DNA from: Gemmatimonadota bacterium
GTDB taxonomy: Bacteria > Gemmatimonadota > Gemmatimonadetes > Palauibacterales > Palauibacteraceae
Assembly: GCA_965116475.1 (NCBI GenBank)
Contig: OZ220691.1
Span: 448,001-512,000 of the forward strand
DNA: 64,000 nt
Direction: 5' to 3'
The translations under genes and the position numbers were made by a program. Shown piece after piece: positions 1 through 9,560 of this stretch. The notes below the pieces were generated by a model. That model had not been told where the DNA came from. It made no database searches and saw only the letters and a program-made list of their open reading frames with translations. Every line of letters begins with the position of its first letter. Position 1 is the stretch's first letter.

Positions 1-654
1 GTCCACGTCATCGTCATCCGGGGCGAGGGGGACAGGTTCTTCTCCGCCGGGGCGAACATCAAGATGCTCCAGACCTCGGACCCCTACTTCAAGTACTTCT
101 TCTGCCTGCACGCGAACGAGACGCTGACCCGCCTCGAGCACACGCCGAAGCTCGTCATCGGCGCCTTGAACGGGCACACGGTCGGGGGCGGCCTCGAGAT
201 CGCGCTCGCCTGCGACATCCGGATCGCCCGCCGGGACGCGGGGAAGATCGGGCTGCCGGAGGTGAACCTCGGCGTCCTCCCGGGGACCGGCGGGACGCAG
301 CGGCTCGGCCGGCTGCTCGGGAAGCCGAAGGCCATCGAGTTGATGGCGGAGGGCCGCACGTTCGGATTCGAGGAAGCGCTGGAACTCGGGCTCGTGAACA
401 AGGTGTTCGACGGGGATGACGAGGAGTTCGACGCGCAGGTGATGGAGTACGCGCGACAGTTCACGCCGCCCCACAAGGCGTCGCGCGCGGTGGGGCGCAT
501 CAAGCGGTCGGTGTGCAGCGGCGTCGAGGTGCCCTTCTCCGAAGGCCTCGCGATCGAGCGCGAGCTGCAGCAACTCCTCTTCCAGGGGGACGACGCGCGC
601 GAGGGTCTCGCGGCCTACGTCGAGCGGCGCGCGCCGGAGTTCGCGGGCCGCTAG
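1..654 (+). CDS. Enoyl-CoA hydratase/isomerase (crotonase family), 5'-truncated by the window edge
   Basis: Frame is open from base 1 (VHVIVIRGEGDRFFSAGANI...). Crotonase motifs ALNGHTVGGGLEIALACD and LPEVNLGVLPGTGGTQRL; C-terminus EGLAAYVERRAPEF. Confidence 0.9.
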   Translation, partial: VHVIVIRGEGDRFFSAGANIKMLQTSDPYFKYFFCLHANETLTRLEHTPKLVIGALNGHTVGGGLEIALACDIRIARRDAGKIGLPEVNLGVLPGTGGTQRLGRLLGKPKAIELMAEGRTFGFEEALELGLVNKVFDGDDEEFDAQVMEYARQFTPPHKASRAVGRIKRSVCSGVEVPFSEGLAIERELQQLLFQGDDAREGLAAYVERRAPEFAGR

Positions 655-699
655 GGCACGGCGGATCGGGCCGGGACGGCGGGCACCGGGAGGAGCGCG

Positions 700-1932
700 A
701 TGAGAAGCGCGATGAGCGAGGCCGACCGCACTCCGGTCATCATCGACGCCGTGCGCACGCCGGTGGGGCGCGCGGGCGGCGCGCTCTCGTCGATCCGCGC
801 CGACGACCTCCTGGCGCACGCGATCCGCGCCCTCGTCGAGCGGACGGGCGTGCCGGCCGGCCGCGTCGAGGACGTGATCGCCGGGTGCACGAACCAGGCC
901 GGCGAGGACAACCGCAACGTGGCCCGGATGGCCGGGCTGCTGGCCGGACTTCCCGTCGAGGTCGCGGGCCAGACCGTGAACCGGCTCTGCGGCTCGGGGC
1001 TGCAGGCGGTCGTCACGGCGGCGCACGCGATCCGGGCCGGCGAAGGCGACGTGTTCATCGCGGGCGGGGTCGAGAGCATGTCCCGGGCGCCGTGGGTCAT
1101 GCTGAAGACGGACCGGGCCTTCTCGCGCGTGCCGCCGCGCCTCGCGGACACGACCGTCGGGTGGCGCTTCGCGAACCCCGCCATGCCGGAGCCGTGGACG
1201 ATCCCGCTCGCCGAGACCGCGGAGGTCGTGGCGGAGGACCACGGCGTCGGGCGCGGGGCGCAGGACGCGTTCGCGGTGGAGAGCCAGCGCCGCGCCGCGG
1301 CCGCGCTCGAGGCGGACCGGTTCGCGGACGAGATCGTGCCGGTCGAGGTCCCCCGCCGGAAGGGCGACCCGCTGCGGGTGGGGGGCGATGAGCACCCGCG
1401 CCCCGGCACGACCGTTGAACAGCTCGCCCGCCTGCGCGCCGCCTTCCGGGCGGACGGCACCGTGACGGCGGGGAACGCCTCCGGCATCAACGACGGGGCC
1501 GCCGCCGTCCTCATTGCGAGCCGAGCCGCCGCAAACGAACTCGGCCTCGAGCCGCTGGCAACCGTGGGGGCCTCGGCGGTCGCCGGCGTGGAGCCGCAGC
1601 GAATGGGCATCGGGCCCGTTCCCGCCACCCGCAAAGCGCTGGCGAGAGCGGAACTTACGGTCGATGACCTCGACCTGATTGAACTCAACGAGGCGTTCGC
1701 CGCACAGGCGCTGCCCTGCATCGCCGAACTCGGACTCGATCCGGCGCGCGTGAACGTGAACGGAGGCGCGATCGCGCTCGGCCACCCCCTCGGCTGTACC
1801 GGCGCCAAGATCCTCACGACGCTCGTCCACGAGATGCGGCGGCGGGACGCGTCCCACGGGCTCGTCACGATGTGCATCGGCGTCGGCCAGGGCATCGCGC
1901 TGCTCGTGCACCGCGACGGGGAGGCGGCGTGA
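700..1932 (+). CDS. Thiolase (acetyl-CoA C-acyltransferase, PaaJ/PcaF-like)
   Basis: TVNRLCGSG (catalytic Cys), NEAFA, GGAIALGHPLG, MCIGVGQG; GEDNRNVARM resembles PcaF/PaaJ. AGGAG RBS at 691-695; alternative ATG at 712. Confidence 0.92.
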   Translation: MRSAMSEADRTPVIIDAVRTPVGRAGGALSSIRADDLLAHAIRALVERTGVPAGRVEDVIAGCTNQAGEDNRNVARMAGLLAGLPVEVAGQTVNRLCGSGLQAVVTAAHAIRAGEGDVFIAGGVESMSRAPWVMLKTDRAFSRVPPRLADTTVGWRFANPAMPEPWTIPLAETAEVVAEDHGVGRGAQDAFAVESQRRAAAALEADRFADEIVPVEVPRRKGDPLRVGGDEHPRPGTTVEQLARLRAAFRADGTVTAGNASGINDGAAAVLIASRAAANELGLEPLATVGASAVAGVEPQRMGIGPVPATRKALARAELTVDDLDLIELNEAFAAQALPCIAELGLDPARVNVNGGAIALGHPLGCTGAKILTTLVHEMRRRDASHGLVTMCIGVGQGIALLVHRDGEAA

Positions 1933-2765
1933 GCGAGGCGCGCGTCCTGATCGAGGTCGAGGACGGCGTCGGGACGCTCACGCTGAACCGGCCGGCCAAG
2001 CTCAACGCGTTCATCGGCGAGATGCGGAGCGAGATCGCCGGCGGGATCGAGGCGCTCGGCGCGGACGACGACGTGCGCGCGGTCATCATCACCGGGGCCG
2101 GGCGGGCGTTCTGCGCCGGCGCCGACGTCAAGTACCTCACCCGGCTCATCGAAACGCGGGCCATCGACGAAGCCGTCTCCCTCGTGGAGGCGGGACGCCG
2201 GGTGGCGGCGGCCATCCGGGGGATGCCCAAGCCCGTGATCGCCGCGATCAACGGGCCGGCGGCGGGCGGCGGCGCGAACCTCGCCCTCGCCTGCGATCTC
2301 CGGCTCGCCGCCGAGACGGCGTCGATCGGCCAGACGTTCAACCGCATCGGCCTCCACCCGGACTGGAGCGGGACCTACGCAGTGCCCCGTCTCGTGGGTC
2401 CGGCGCGCGCGGCGGAACTCTTCTTCTTCGCGGAGATGGTTCCGGCCGCCGAGTGCGAGCGCATCGGCCTCGTGAACCGCGTCGTGCCCGCGGGCGAACT
2501 CATGCCGCTGGCCCGGGAGTGGGGGCGCACGCTGGCGCGGAAGCCGGCGCTGCCCCTCCGACTCGCGAAGGAGGCGGTGCAGCGCTCCCTGTCGTCCAGC
2601 TTCGAGGAGATGCTCGACTACGAGGTGGCGGCGCAGAAGGCCTGCTTCGAGTCCGCGGACGCGCTCGAAGGGGTCCGGGCCTTCGTCGAGAAGCGCGCGC
2701 CGCGGTTCGGACGCAGAGGCAACGACGAAAACCCGGAAGCGACGGAGGCGGATACACGTGTCTGA
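1929..2765 (+). CDS. Enoyl-CoA hydratase/isomerase (PaaG-like)
   Basis: GTG start overlaps the thiolase stop (GTGA). LNRPAKLNA, FCAGAD, AAINGPAAGGGANLALACD, FNRIGLHPD. Confidence 0.88.
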   Translation: MSEARVLIEVEDGVGTLTLNRPAKLNAFIGEMRSEIAGGIEALGADDDVRAVIITGAGRAFCAGADVKYLTRLIETRAIDEAVSLVEAGRRVAAAIRGMPKPVIAAINGPAAGGGANLALACDLRLAAETASIGQTFNRIGLHPDWSGTYAVPRLVGPARAAELFFFAEMVPAAECERIGLVNRVVPAGELMPLAREWGRTLARKPALPLRLAKEAVQRSLSSSFEEMLDYEVAAQKACFESADALEGVRAFVEKRAPRFGRRGNDENPEATEADTRV

Positions 2766-3276
2766 GACCGTCACGGTACGACCGGCACGGGTGGGCGACA
2801 TCGATGAACTCGTCGCGATGTGGACCCGGTACATGCGGATTCACGCCCTCAACCCCGCCTACCGGCGGCTGCGCACGGATGCAATCGAGACGCGCGCGGG
2901 CATGTTCCGCCGTCACATCGAAGAGGCCACGAGCGTCGTGTTCGTGCTTGAGGCGGACGACGGCGGCCTCGACGGCATGCTCGTTTGCTTCGTGGAGGAG
3001 AACGAACCCCTGTTCGATCCGCCGCGCTACGTGCGCATCCAGACCCCGTTCGTACGGCGGGAGGAGCGGCGCAAGGGGAACCTGCGGCGCCTGCTGCGCG
3101 CGGCCTTCGAGTGGGCGGCGGACTGGGACATCCACGAGGTGCGCCTGTTCACCGGGGCGGACAACCTGATCGCGAACGCGCTCGCCGATGACCTCGGCTT
3201 CGAGGCCATCGAGGTCGTGCGCCGCTGCTCGCTCCGCCCCGAACCGGAAATGAACCCGGAGGACTGGCTCGAATGA
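2758..3276 (+). CDS. GNAT family N-acetyltransferase
   Basis: VRPARVGDIDEL start, acetyl-CoA loop FVRREERRKGNL, C-terminal N...LGF; overlaps both neighbouring genes. Confidence 0.7.
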   Translation: MSETVTVRPARVGDIDELVAMWTRYMRIHALNPAYRRLRTDAIETRAGMFRRHIEEATSVVFVLEADDGGLDGMLVCFVEENEPLFDPPRYVRIQTPFVRREERRKGNLRRLLRAAFEWAADWDIHEVRLFTGADNLIANALADDLGFEAIEVVRRCSLRPEPEMNPEDWLE

Positions 3277-4130
3277 CGGCGCGTCCGGCGCTGGCCGTGC
3301 TCGGGGCCGGCACGATGGGACACGGGATCGCCCAGGTCGCGGCGATGTCCGGCTACGAAACCCGTCTCTTCGACGCTATGCCCGAGGCGCTGGAGACGGC
3401 GCGCGAGCGCATCGAGGCCAACCTCCGCAAGGGGATCCAGCGCGGGAAGGTCACGCCCGAGGCGCGCGACCGCGCGCTCGACGGGTTGTCCTACAGCCGG
3501 TACCTGGGCGAAGCCGCCGACGGGGTCGGGCTCGCGATCGAAGCCGTGCCCGAGAAGCTCGATCTCAAGCAGAAGGTCCTCGCGCGGTGCGGGGAGGCGG
3601 CCGCCGACGGCGCCCTGCTCGCCACCAACACTTCTTCGCTCTCCATCACCGCCATCGCGGAGGGACTCCCGTCGCCCGGCCGCGTGATCGGGATGCACTT
3701 CTTCAACCCCGTCCACATCATGGCGCTCGTCGAGATCGTGCGCGGGGCGGAGACGTCCGACGACACGGTGGCGAGGGCGCGCGAAGTCGCCGAACGCTTC
3801 GGGAAGACGCCGATCATCATCGCCGACTCGCCCGGGTTCGCCTCCTCGCGGCTCGGACTCGCGCTCGGGCTGGAGGCGATCCGCATGCTCGAGGAAGGCG
3901 TGGCGAGCGCGGAGGACATCGACACCGCGATGATGCTCGGCTACCGGCACCCCATGGGACCCCTGAAACTGGGAGATCTCGTCGGACTCGACGTCCGGCT
4001 CGACATCGCCCGCTACCTGCACGGGGCGCTGGGATCGCCGGTGTTCGAGCCCCCCGCCCTGCTCGAGCGGATGGTGGCGGCGGGCCGCCTCGGCCGGAAG
4101 AGCGGACGGGGTTTCTACCGCTGGGACTGA
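3273..4130 (+). CDS. 3-hydroxyacyl-CoA dehydrogenase
   Basis: GAGTMGHGIA Rossmann motif, IEAVPEKLDLK, ATNTSSL, GMHFFNP, HPMGPL, LGRKSGRGFY. Confidence 0.93.
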   Translation: MTARPALAVLGAGTMGHGIAQVAAMSGYETRLFDAMPEALETARERIEANLRKGIQRGKVTPEARDRALDGLSYSRYLGEAADGVGLAIEAVPEKLDLKQKVLARCGEAAADGALLATNTSSLSITAIAEGLPSPGRVIGMHFFNPVHIMALVEIVRGAETSDDTVARAREVAERFGKTPIIIADSPGFASSRLGLALGLEAIRMLEEGVASAEDIDTAMMLGYRHPMGPLKLGDLVGLDVRLDIARYLHGALGSPVFEPPALLERMVAAGRLGRKSGRGFYRWD

Positions 4131-4152
4131 CGCCTGGAACGAGGAGACATTC

Positions 4153-5508
4153 GTGAGCAACGTACAGACCGCCCCGCAGACATCCTCGACGCCCGCCGCC
4201 GGCCCGGCGCCCGCGGCGGAATCCCGCGCGCGGACGCTGACCGCGGCGCAGAGCGACTATCTCTATCCGTGGGTCCGTCCCTACTACGGCGAGCCACTCG
4301 CGCTCGCCCGGGGCGAGGGCGTCTGGCTCACCGACGTGGACGGCGGCGAGTACCTGGACCTGTTCGCGGGCATCCTCACGACGTCGGTCGGCCACTGTAA
4401 CCCGGCGGTCGTGGAGGCGGCGCGCGCGCAGATGGAGCGGCTCGGGCACACCTCGGCCCTCTACGTGACCGAAGGCCAGATCGAGGGCGCGCGCGCGCTG
4501 GCGGAGATCGCGCCGGGCGCCCTCCGCACGACGTGTTTCACGAACAGCGGCACGGAAGCGGTGGAATCAGCGGTCGCCACGGCGCGGCTGTACACGGGGC
4601 GGCACGAGATCGTCGCGCTGCGGCTCTCCTATTCGGGACGGAGCACGCTCACGAGCCACATGACGGCGCAGGGCGCCTGGCGTCTGCCCGGCGGGGGCGT
4701 CGACGGCATCGTTCATGCCCGGTCGCCGTACCTCTACCGCTCACCGGTCGGCGCCGGCCCCGAGGCGACGGACTTTTTCATCGACGACCTCGTCGAGGTC
4801 ATCGAGACGACGACGGGCGGGAAGCCGGCCGCCTTCTTCGCAGAGACGATCCAGGGCGTGGCGGGCGTGATCGTGCCGCCTCCCGACTACTTCCGGCGGG
4901 CGGCGGAGGTGATCCGGAGCTACGGCGGCCTGTTCATCATCGACGAGGTGCAGGCCGGGTTCGGACGGACGGGAGACCGCTGGTTCGGGATCGAACACTG
5001 GGGCGTCGAGCCGGACATCATGGTGATGGCGAAGGGGATCGCGAACGGTTTCCCCGTGGGGGCAACCGTCACGCGGCCCGAGATCGCCGAGGCCTGGCAG
5101 GGGCCGTCGATCTCCACCTACGGGGGCAACTCGATCTCGATGGCGGCGATGCGCGCCACGCTGGGCGTGATGCAGAGCGAGAACGTGCCGGCCCGCGCCG
5201 CCGAGCGCGGCGCGCAGCTTCGCGCCGGACTCGAAGAGTTGAGGGGCGCGCACGACTGGATCGGCGAGGTGCGCGGCATGGGGTTGATGCAGGGCATCGA
5301 GATGGTCGAGGACCGCGACGGGAAGGCGCCGGACGGCGAGCGGGCCGGCGCGCTGCTCGAGGCGGCCCGCGAGGAGCGCCTGCTCATCGGACGCGGCGGG
5401 CTGAACGGGCACGTGATCCGGATCGGACCGTCGCTCCTCATCACGGAGGACGAGATGGCGGAGGGCATCCGCCGCCTCGCGGCCGCCTGCCGGCGGATCG
5501 ACGGCTGA
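4153..5508 (+). CDS. Class III PLP-dependent aminotransferase (AGXT2/GabT-like)
   Basis: TNSGTEAVE, FIIDEVQAGFGRTG, PDIMVMAKGIANG (PLP lysine), STYGGN; GAGGAG RBS. Confidence 0.92.
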   Translation: MSNVQTAPQTSSTPAAGPAPAAESRARTLTAAQSDYLYPWVRPYYGEPLALARGEGVWLTDVDGGEYLDLFAGILTTSVGHCNPAVVEAARAQMERLGHTSALYVTEGQIEGARALAEIAPGALRTTCFTNSGTEAVESAVATARLYTGRHEIVALRLSYSGRSTLTSHMTAQGAWRLPGGGVDGIVHARSPYLYRSPVGAGPEATDFFIDDLVEVIETTTGGKPAAFFAETIQGVAGVIVPPPDYFRRAAEVIRSYGGLFIIDEVQAGFGRTGDRWFGIEHWGVEPDIMVMAKGIANGFPVGATVTRPEIAEAWQGPSISTYGGNSISMAAMRATLGVMQSENVPARAAERGAQLRAGLEELRGAHDWIGEVRGMGLMQGIEMVEDRDGKAPDGERAGALLEAAREERLLIGRGGLNGHVIRIGPSLLITEDEMAEGIRRLAAACRRIDG

Positions 5509-5539
5509 CCCAACGAACCGCGCGCCACGGCATCCGGGC

Positions 5540-6466
5540 GTGAGTCGGCTGGCCGGACGCGTGGCGATTGTGACGGGCGCCGGCCGCGGCATCGGCCGGG
5601 CCCACGCGCTCGCCCTGGCGGCCGGCGGGGCGAGCGTCGTCGTCAACGACCTCGGCACGGGCGTCGGCGGCGACGGCGCCGATGCCGGCCCCGCCGAATC
5701 CGTCTGCGCCAAGATCCGGGCCGGCGGCGGCCGGGCCGTGGCCAGCCGCCACGACGTCTCCGACTGGACCGCCGCCCACGACCTCATCGCCCTCGCGGTC
5801 GAATCGTTCGGCGGACTCGACATCCTGGTGAACAATGCCGGCATCCTCCGCGATCGGGCCCTGTTCAACATGTCCGAGGACGAGTGGGACGCGGTCGTCG
5901 ACGTCCACCTCAAGGGCCACGCCGCCCCCAGCCGTCACGCGCTCGCCTGGTGGCGGGCGGAGGCCAAGGCCGGCCGGCCCCGCGCCGCCTCCGTCATCCA
6001 CACAACCTCTTCCTCCGGACTGTGCGGCAACTTCGGCCAGGGGAACTACGGCGCCGCGAAGATGGGCATCATCGGCCTCTCGAAGGTGCTCTCCATCGAA
6101 GGCGCGCCGTACGGCGTCCGCTCGAACGTGATCTCGCCCTCGGCGCGGACGCGGATGGTGGCCGGGATGACTGGCGCCGATCAGCTGGGCGAGCCGGACG
6201 AGACCGGATACGACCCGTTCGGGCCGGAGCACGTCGCCGCTCTCGCGGCGTGGCTGGCCGAGGCCGACTGCCCGGCCCGCAACCAGATCTTCCATGTCTC
6301 CGGCCGGCGCATCCGCGTGCTGGAGGTACCCCGGATCGCCTTCGAGGCCCGCTCCGACCGCGACCTGACGCCTCCCGGGCTCGCCGAGGCTCTGAAGGGA
6401 AAACTGGTCACGCCGCTCGACGCGTTCGACCTCATCCTCGACCCCGAATCCCACCTGGCTCCTTGA
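5540..6466 (+). CDS. Short-chain dehydrogenase/reductase (MFE-2/HSD17B4-like hydroxyacyl dehydrogenase)
   Basis: TGAGRGIG, VVVNDLG, NNAGILRD, GNFGQGNYGAAK (YxxxK). Confidence 0.9.
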   Translation: MSRLAGRVAIVTGAGRGIGRAHALALAAGGASVVVNDLGTGVGGDGADAGPAESVCAKIRAGGGRAVASRHDVSDWTAAHDLIALAVESFGGLDILVNNAGILRDRALFNMSEDEWDAVVDVHLKGHAAPSRHALAWWRAEAKAGRPRAASVIHTTSSSGLCGNFGQGNYGAAKMGIIGLSKVLSIEGAPYGVRSNVISPSARTRMVAGMTGADQLGEPDETGYDPFGPEHVAALAAWLAEADCPARNQIFHVSGRRIRVLEVPRIAFEARSDRDLTPPGLAEALKGKLVTPLDAFDLILDPESHLAP

Positions 6467-6563
6467 CGATTCCGGGCGGACGATAAAGTATCCGGCCCGG
6501 GCGCGAGACGAACGTGCGCGTCGACAATCCGAACAGCCGCACCCACCTTCTACGGAAAGGGTC

Positions 6564-6788
6564 ATGACCATGTCGTGTGAAGCTCGCCTTGGAGAACTCG
6601 TCGCGGAACACCTCGATCTGGGCCGTGAGCCCCAGTGGGATGGCGGACTCGCGGATTCGGGCGTCTCCTCGCTCGACGCTGTCGCCTTCAAGAAGGTCGT
6701 CGAGCAGGAGTTCAGCGTCACGGTCCCCCCGGAGTGCTTTGACACGCTCCGCAAGCTGGCCGCGTACATCGACTCGCAGGCCGGCTGA
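6564..6788 (+). CDS. Stand-alone acyl carrier protein (SupB-like)
   Basis: 72-74 aa acidic protein with LADSGVSSLDAV (4'-PP serine region), EQEFSVTVP and TLRKLAAYID ACP helices. ATG at 6570 is an alternative start. Confidence 0.78.
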   Translation: MTMSCEARLGELVAEHLDLGREPQWDGGLADSGVSSLDAVAFKKVVEQEFSVTVPPECFDTLRKLAAYIDSQAG

Positions 6789-6811
6789 TCCCACCTCACC
6801 GGCTTTGACTG

Positions 6812-6843
6812 CGTCCCCCCGGGCCGACCGGTTCGGGGGGGCG
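6812..6843 (+). other. 14-bp GC-rich hairpin between ACP and hydrolase, covering the hydrolase RBS region
   Basis: CGTCCCCCCGGGCC-gacc-GGTTCGGGGGGGCG pairs with G-U wobbles; it ends 7 nt before ATG 6851. Confidence 0.6.
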
Positions 6844-6850
6844 GCATGAC

Positions 6851-7762
6851 ATGACTTCCGGCGCCGTTTGGGAAGTACCGGAACCGCTCTCGGTGGACGA
6901 TGTCCGGCACGACGACGGCAGCGTCACCAGAGTGCGGCGACATGGGCAGCCCGGCGGCCGCCGTCTGCTCGTGGGCCACGGCAACGGGCTCGCGGTCGAC
7001 CTGTACTATCCGTTCTGGTCGCGGTTCCTGGACGACTTCGACGTGTTCGTCTACGACCTGAGGAACCACGGGTGGAACGCCATCGGTCCGCGCGACGAGC
7101 ACAATGTCCCCAACATGATCCGGGACCAGGAGCAGGTCGTCGAGGCCGTCGCCGCCCGTCACGGTTCGGCGCCCACGATCGGCGTCTTCCACTCCCTGTC
7201 GGCGCTGACCGCGCTCCTCTCGGATTCGCTCGGGACCGGCCGCACGGGCGATCTCTCCGCCTGGATCCTCTTCGATCCGCCCCTCTACAAACCGAGGATG
7301 GGCGAGGCCGATTTCGACAAGTCGGCCGACCGGTCGGCGGAACTCGCGCGGCGCCGGACCGACCGGTTCCAGGAGGCGTCCGAGTTCGCGGAACTCCTCC
7401 ACCACCTCGTGCTGACGCGCGCCGTCCCGGGGGCCGCGGACCTGATGGCCAGCACCGTGCTCCGCCAATCCGCGGAAGGGGGCGTCGAGCTCCGGTGCCC
7501 ACGGGAATACGAGGCGCAGATCTTCGCGTACGCGCGCACCTACGCCTTCCTCGTGGACCTGGGGAACCTTCCGTGTCCGACCAAGGTGATCGGATCGGAC
7601 CCGACGCTTACGTTCTCGTACATGCCGTCGTTCAACCTCAGTCACATCAACACGGTCGACTACGACTTCATACCGGAATCCACCCATTTCCTCCAGGTGG
7701 AGCAACCCGCGGAGTGCGTCGACCTGATGTGCGAGTTTCTCGAGGGACACAACTTGCTCTAG
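6851..7762 (+). CDS. Alpha/beta hydrolase (SupD-like, possible thioesterase/acyltransferase)
   Basis: GHGNG oxyanion region, YDLRNHG, nucleophile elbow VFHSLS, C-terminal STHFLQVEQP histidine. Confidence 0.82.
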   Translation: MTSGAVWEVPEPLSVDDVRHDDGSVTRVRRHGQPGGRRLLVGHGNGLAVDLYYPFWSRFLDDFDVFVYDLRNHGWNAIGPRDEHNVPNMIRDQEQVVEAVAARHGSAPTIGVFHSLSALTALLSDSLGTGRTGDLSAWILFDPPLYKPRMGEADFDKSADRSAELARRRTDRFQEASEFAELLHHLVLTRAVPGAADLMASTVLRQSAEGGVELRCPREYEAQIFAYARTYAFLVDLGNLPCPTKVIGSDPTLTFSYMPSFNLSHINTVDYDFIPESTHFLQVEQPAECVDLMCEFLEGHNLL

Positions 7763-7766
7763 GCCC

Positions 7767-7793
7767 CGGCGGGTCCTTCTCCCGGAACCGCCG
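7767..7793. terminator. Hairpin between convergent hydrolase and permease genes
   Basis: CGGCGG-g-TCC-ttctccc-GGA-a-CCGCCG; no U-tract. Confidence 0.4.
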
Positions 7794-9560
7794 CTACGCG
7801 CCCCTGCCCTGTGTGGGCGAGACGACGACCCGGACGGTGACGATGTCCGTGTCGTAGTACTGCCGGTGCTGAACCGACGAAGCGAGGTGTCGCAGGAGGC
7901 GCAGCGACACTTCGCTCTCCGCCGAGGTCTCCTTCACCTCTCCGCTGAGCAGCGCGAGCCGATCCTGAAGGTTCTCGTCCCGCGGCGCCACCACGAATTC
8001 GAGCGCCACGTCACCGGCGTCGCGCCGGGCGGCCATGAGGAGTCGGCGCCGGGAAGGGTCGCCTGCGGGTGTCTGCGGCCGCGTCAGCGAGAGCAGCGCC
8101 TCCTCGGCGGCGGCGTCCAGGCGGTCCGCAATCTCCGCGTCCAGGCCGGTCTTCGCGGCGAACGTCCCGAGGAATTCGCGGATCTGCGGCAGCGCGGACG
8201 GACTGAACTCCGTCTCGATGCGGGCCCGGCGGGGTTCGGTCAGGCGCAGGAAGAGGGTCAGCAGGATCGCCGTGAAACCGCCGGCGTTCATCCCGTTGGC
8301 CAGCAGTCCGCCGGCGAAGGCGGACACCCGGTCGGGGAGGACGAGCCCGTACTGGAAGCTGACGCCGGTGAGGAAGGCGAGGCCGACGACGATGCCGTTG
8401 CGAACGTCGAGCCCGCCCTGCAGAACGATCTTGAGGCCGATCGCGAACAGCATCGCGAGCAGGACGGCCAGGTATGCCGCGAAGACCGGATCCGGGATCG
8501 CGAGCACGACGGCGAAGGCCCTGGGAAGAAAGGCGAAGGCGATGAAGGCGGCGCCGGCCGCCAGTCCCACACCCTGCGCCGCCACCCCGGTGAGTTGCGT
8601 GAGCGGCACGCTGGTCGTGGTCGCGCTCCCCGGCACCGTGCCGGCGCACCCCGCCACGAGGTTGGCCACGCCGTCCACAGCCACCGCTCCCTGCACGGCC
8701 CGGAAATCCGTCGGGCGACCGGACCGCCGCCACGACACCCGCTGGACGGCGACGGCGCTGCTCATCGTCCGGATGGCCGCGATCACGGCCACGAGCAGGA
8801 ACGAGGGCAGGAGCGTCCAGAAGGCCGGCCCGAATTCGAGGTCGAAACCCGGCGGGCGCGGGCGCGGAAGCGCGATCCAGGCCGCGCTCGCGATCCGCTC
8901 CAGGTCGTAGAGGCCGTGGTACCCGGCGACCGCGGTCCCCACGGTCACGCCGATGACCGGAGCCCACAGGCGGAGCGCCCCGGTGCCGCGCAGGGCGATG
9001 CATCCGATCAGGAGCACGGTGACGCCGAAGCTGAGGGCGGCCCCCGGCGGCGTGCCGGCGGCGGATCCGGTCCCAAGCAGCCCGGATACGAAGGGGAGGA
9101 CGGTCACGGGAATCAGCATGATGACCGTGCCGGAAACGGAGGGCGTCAGGATCCGCTGGAGGAGGGACAGCCGCCAGGAGAGAAGAAGCGGGACGAACGC
9201 GGCGACGACGACGAGTGTGGCGAGAAGGGCCGGGCCGCCCTCGGTGAGCGCCATGATGCTCGCCGGGATGAAAGCACCGGAGGTGCCCATCAGGAGGACG
9301 TGTCCGGCCCCGAAGCGCCCCGCCCGGACGGCCTGCAGCATCGTCGCCAGGCCGCAGACCGTGACGGACGCCAGCACGGCCCACGACAGATACTCCTCGT
9401 CAACGGCGGCGGCGCGCATCACGACCAGCGGGATCAGCACGATCGCCGCGATGTTCAGCACGGCAAGCTGAAGTCCGACGCCGAGCGCCAGGGGCGTCGG
9501 GGGCTTCTCGTCGGGCTGGTAGCGGACGCCGGCCCGGCCGTCCGCCGCGGTGGCGTTCAA
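7794..9560 (-). CDS. NCS2 (xanthine/uracil permease-like) transporter with a C-terminal degenerate HATPase/RsbW-like domain (SupE-like)
   Basis: RYQPDEKPP...GLQLA, TMLQAVRAGRFGAG..LMGTS, ILTPSVSGTVIMLI, many TM segments, then ~140 aa soluble tail. TTG start overlaps the PKS stop (TTGA). Confidence 0.8.
   Translation of the reverse strand: MNATAADGRAGVRYQPDEKPPTPLALGVGLQLAVLNIAAIVLIPLVVMRAAAVDEEYLSWAVLASVTVCGLATMLQAVRAGRFGAGHVLLMGTSGAFIPASIMALTEGGPALLATLVVVAAFVPLLLSWRLSLLQRILTPSVSGTVIMLIPVTVLPFVSGLLGTGSAAGTPPGAALSFGVTVLLIGCIALRGTGALRLWAPVIGVTVGTAVAGYHGLYDLERIASAAWIALPRPRPPGFDLEFGPAFWTLLPSFLLVAVIAAIRTMSSAVAVQRVSWRRSGRPTDFRAVQGAVAVDGVANLVAGCAGTVPGSATTTSVPLTQLTGVAAQGVGLAAGAAFIAFAFLPRAFAVVLAIPDPVFAAYLAVLLAMLFAIGLKIVLQGGLDVRNGIVVGLAFLTGVSFQYGLVLPDRVSAFAGGLLANGMNAGGFTAILLTLFLRLTEPRRARIETEFSPSALPQIREFLGTFAAKTGLDAEIADRLDAAAEEALLSLTRPQTPAGDPSRRRLLMAARRDAGDVALEFVVAPRDENLQDRLALLSGEVKETSAESEVSLRLLRHLASSVQHRQYYDTDIVTVRVVVSPTQGRGA

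Noticed and set aside
6463..6489. TTGACG...TAAAGT as a promoter for the ACP gene
   Set aside because: The spacer is only 15 nt and the -35 overlaps the SDR stop codon; too weak to call.
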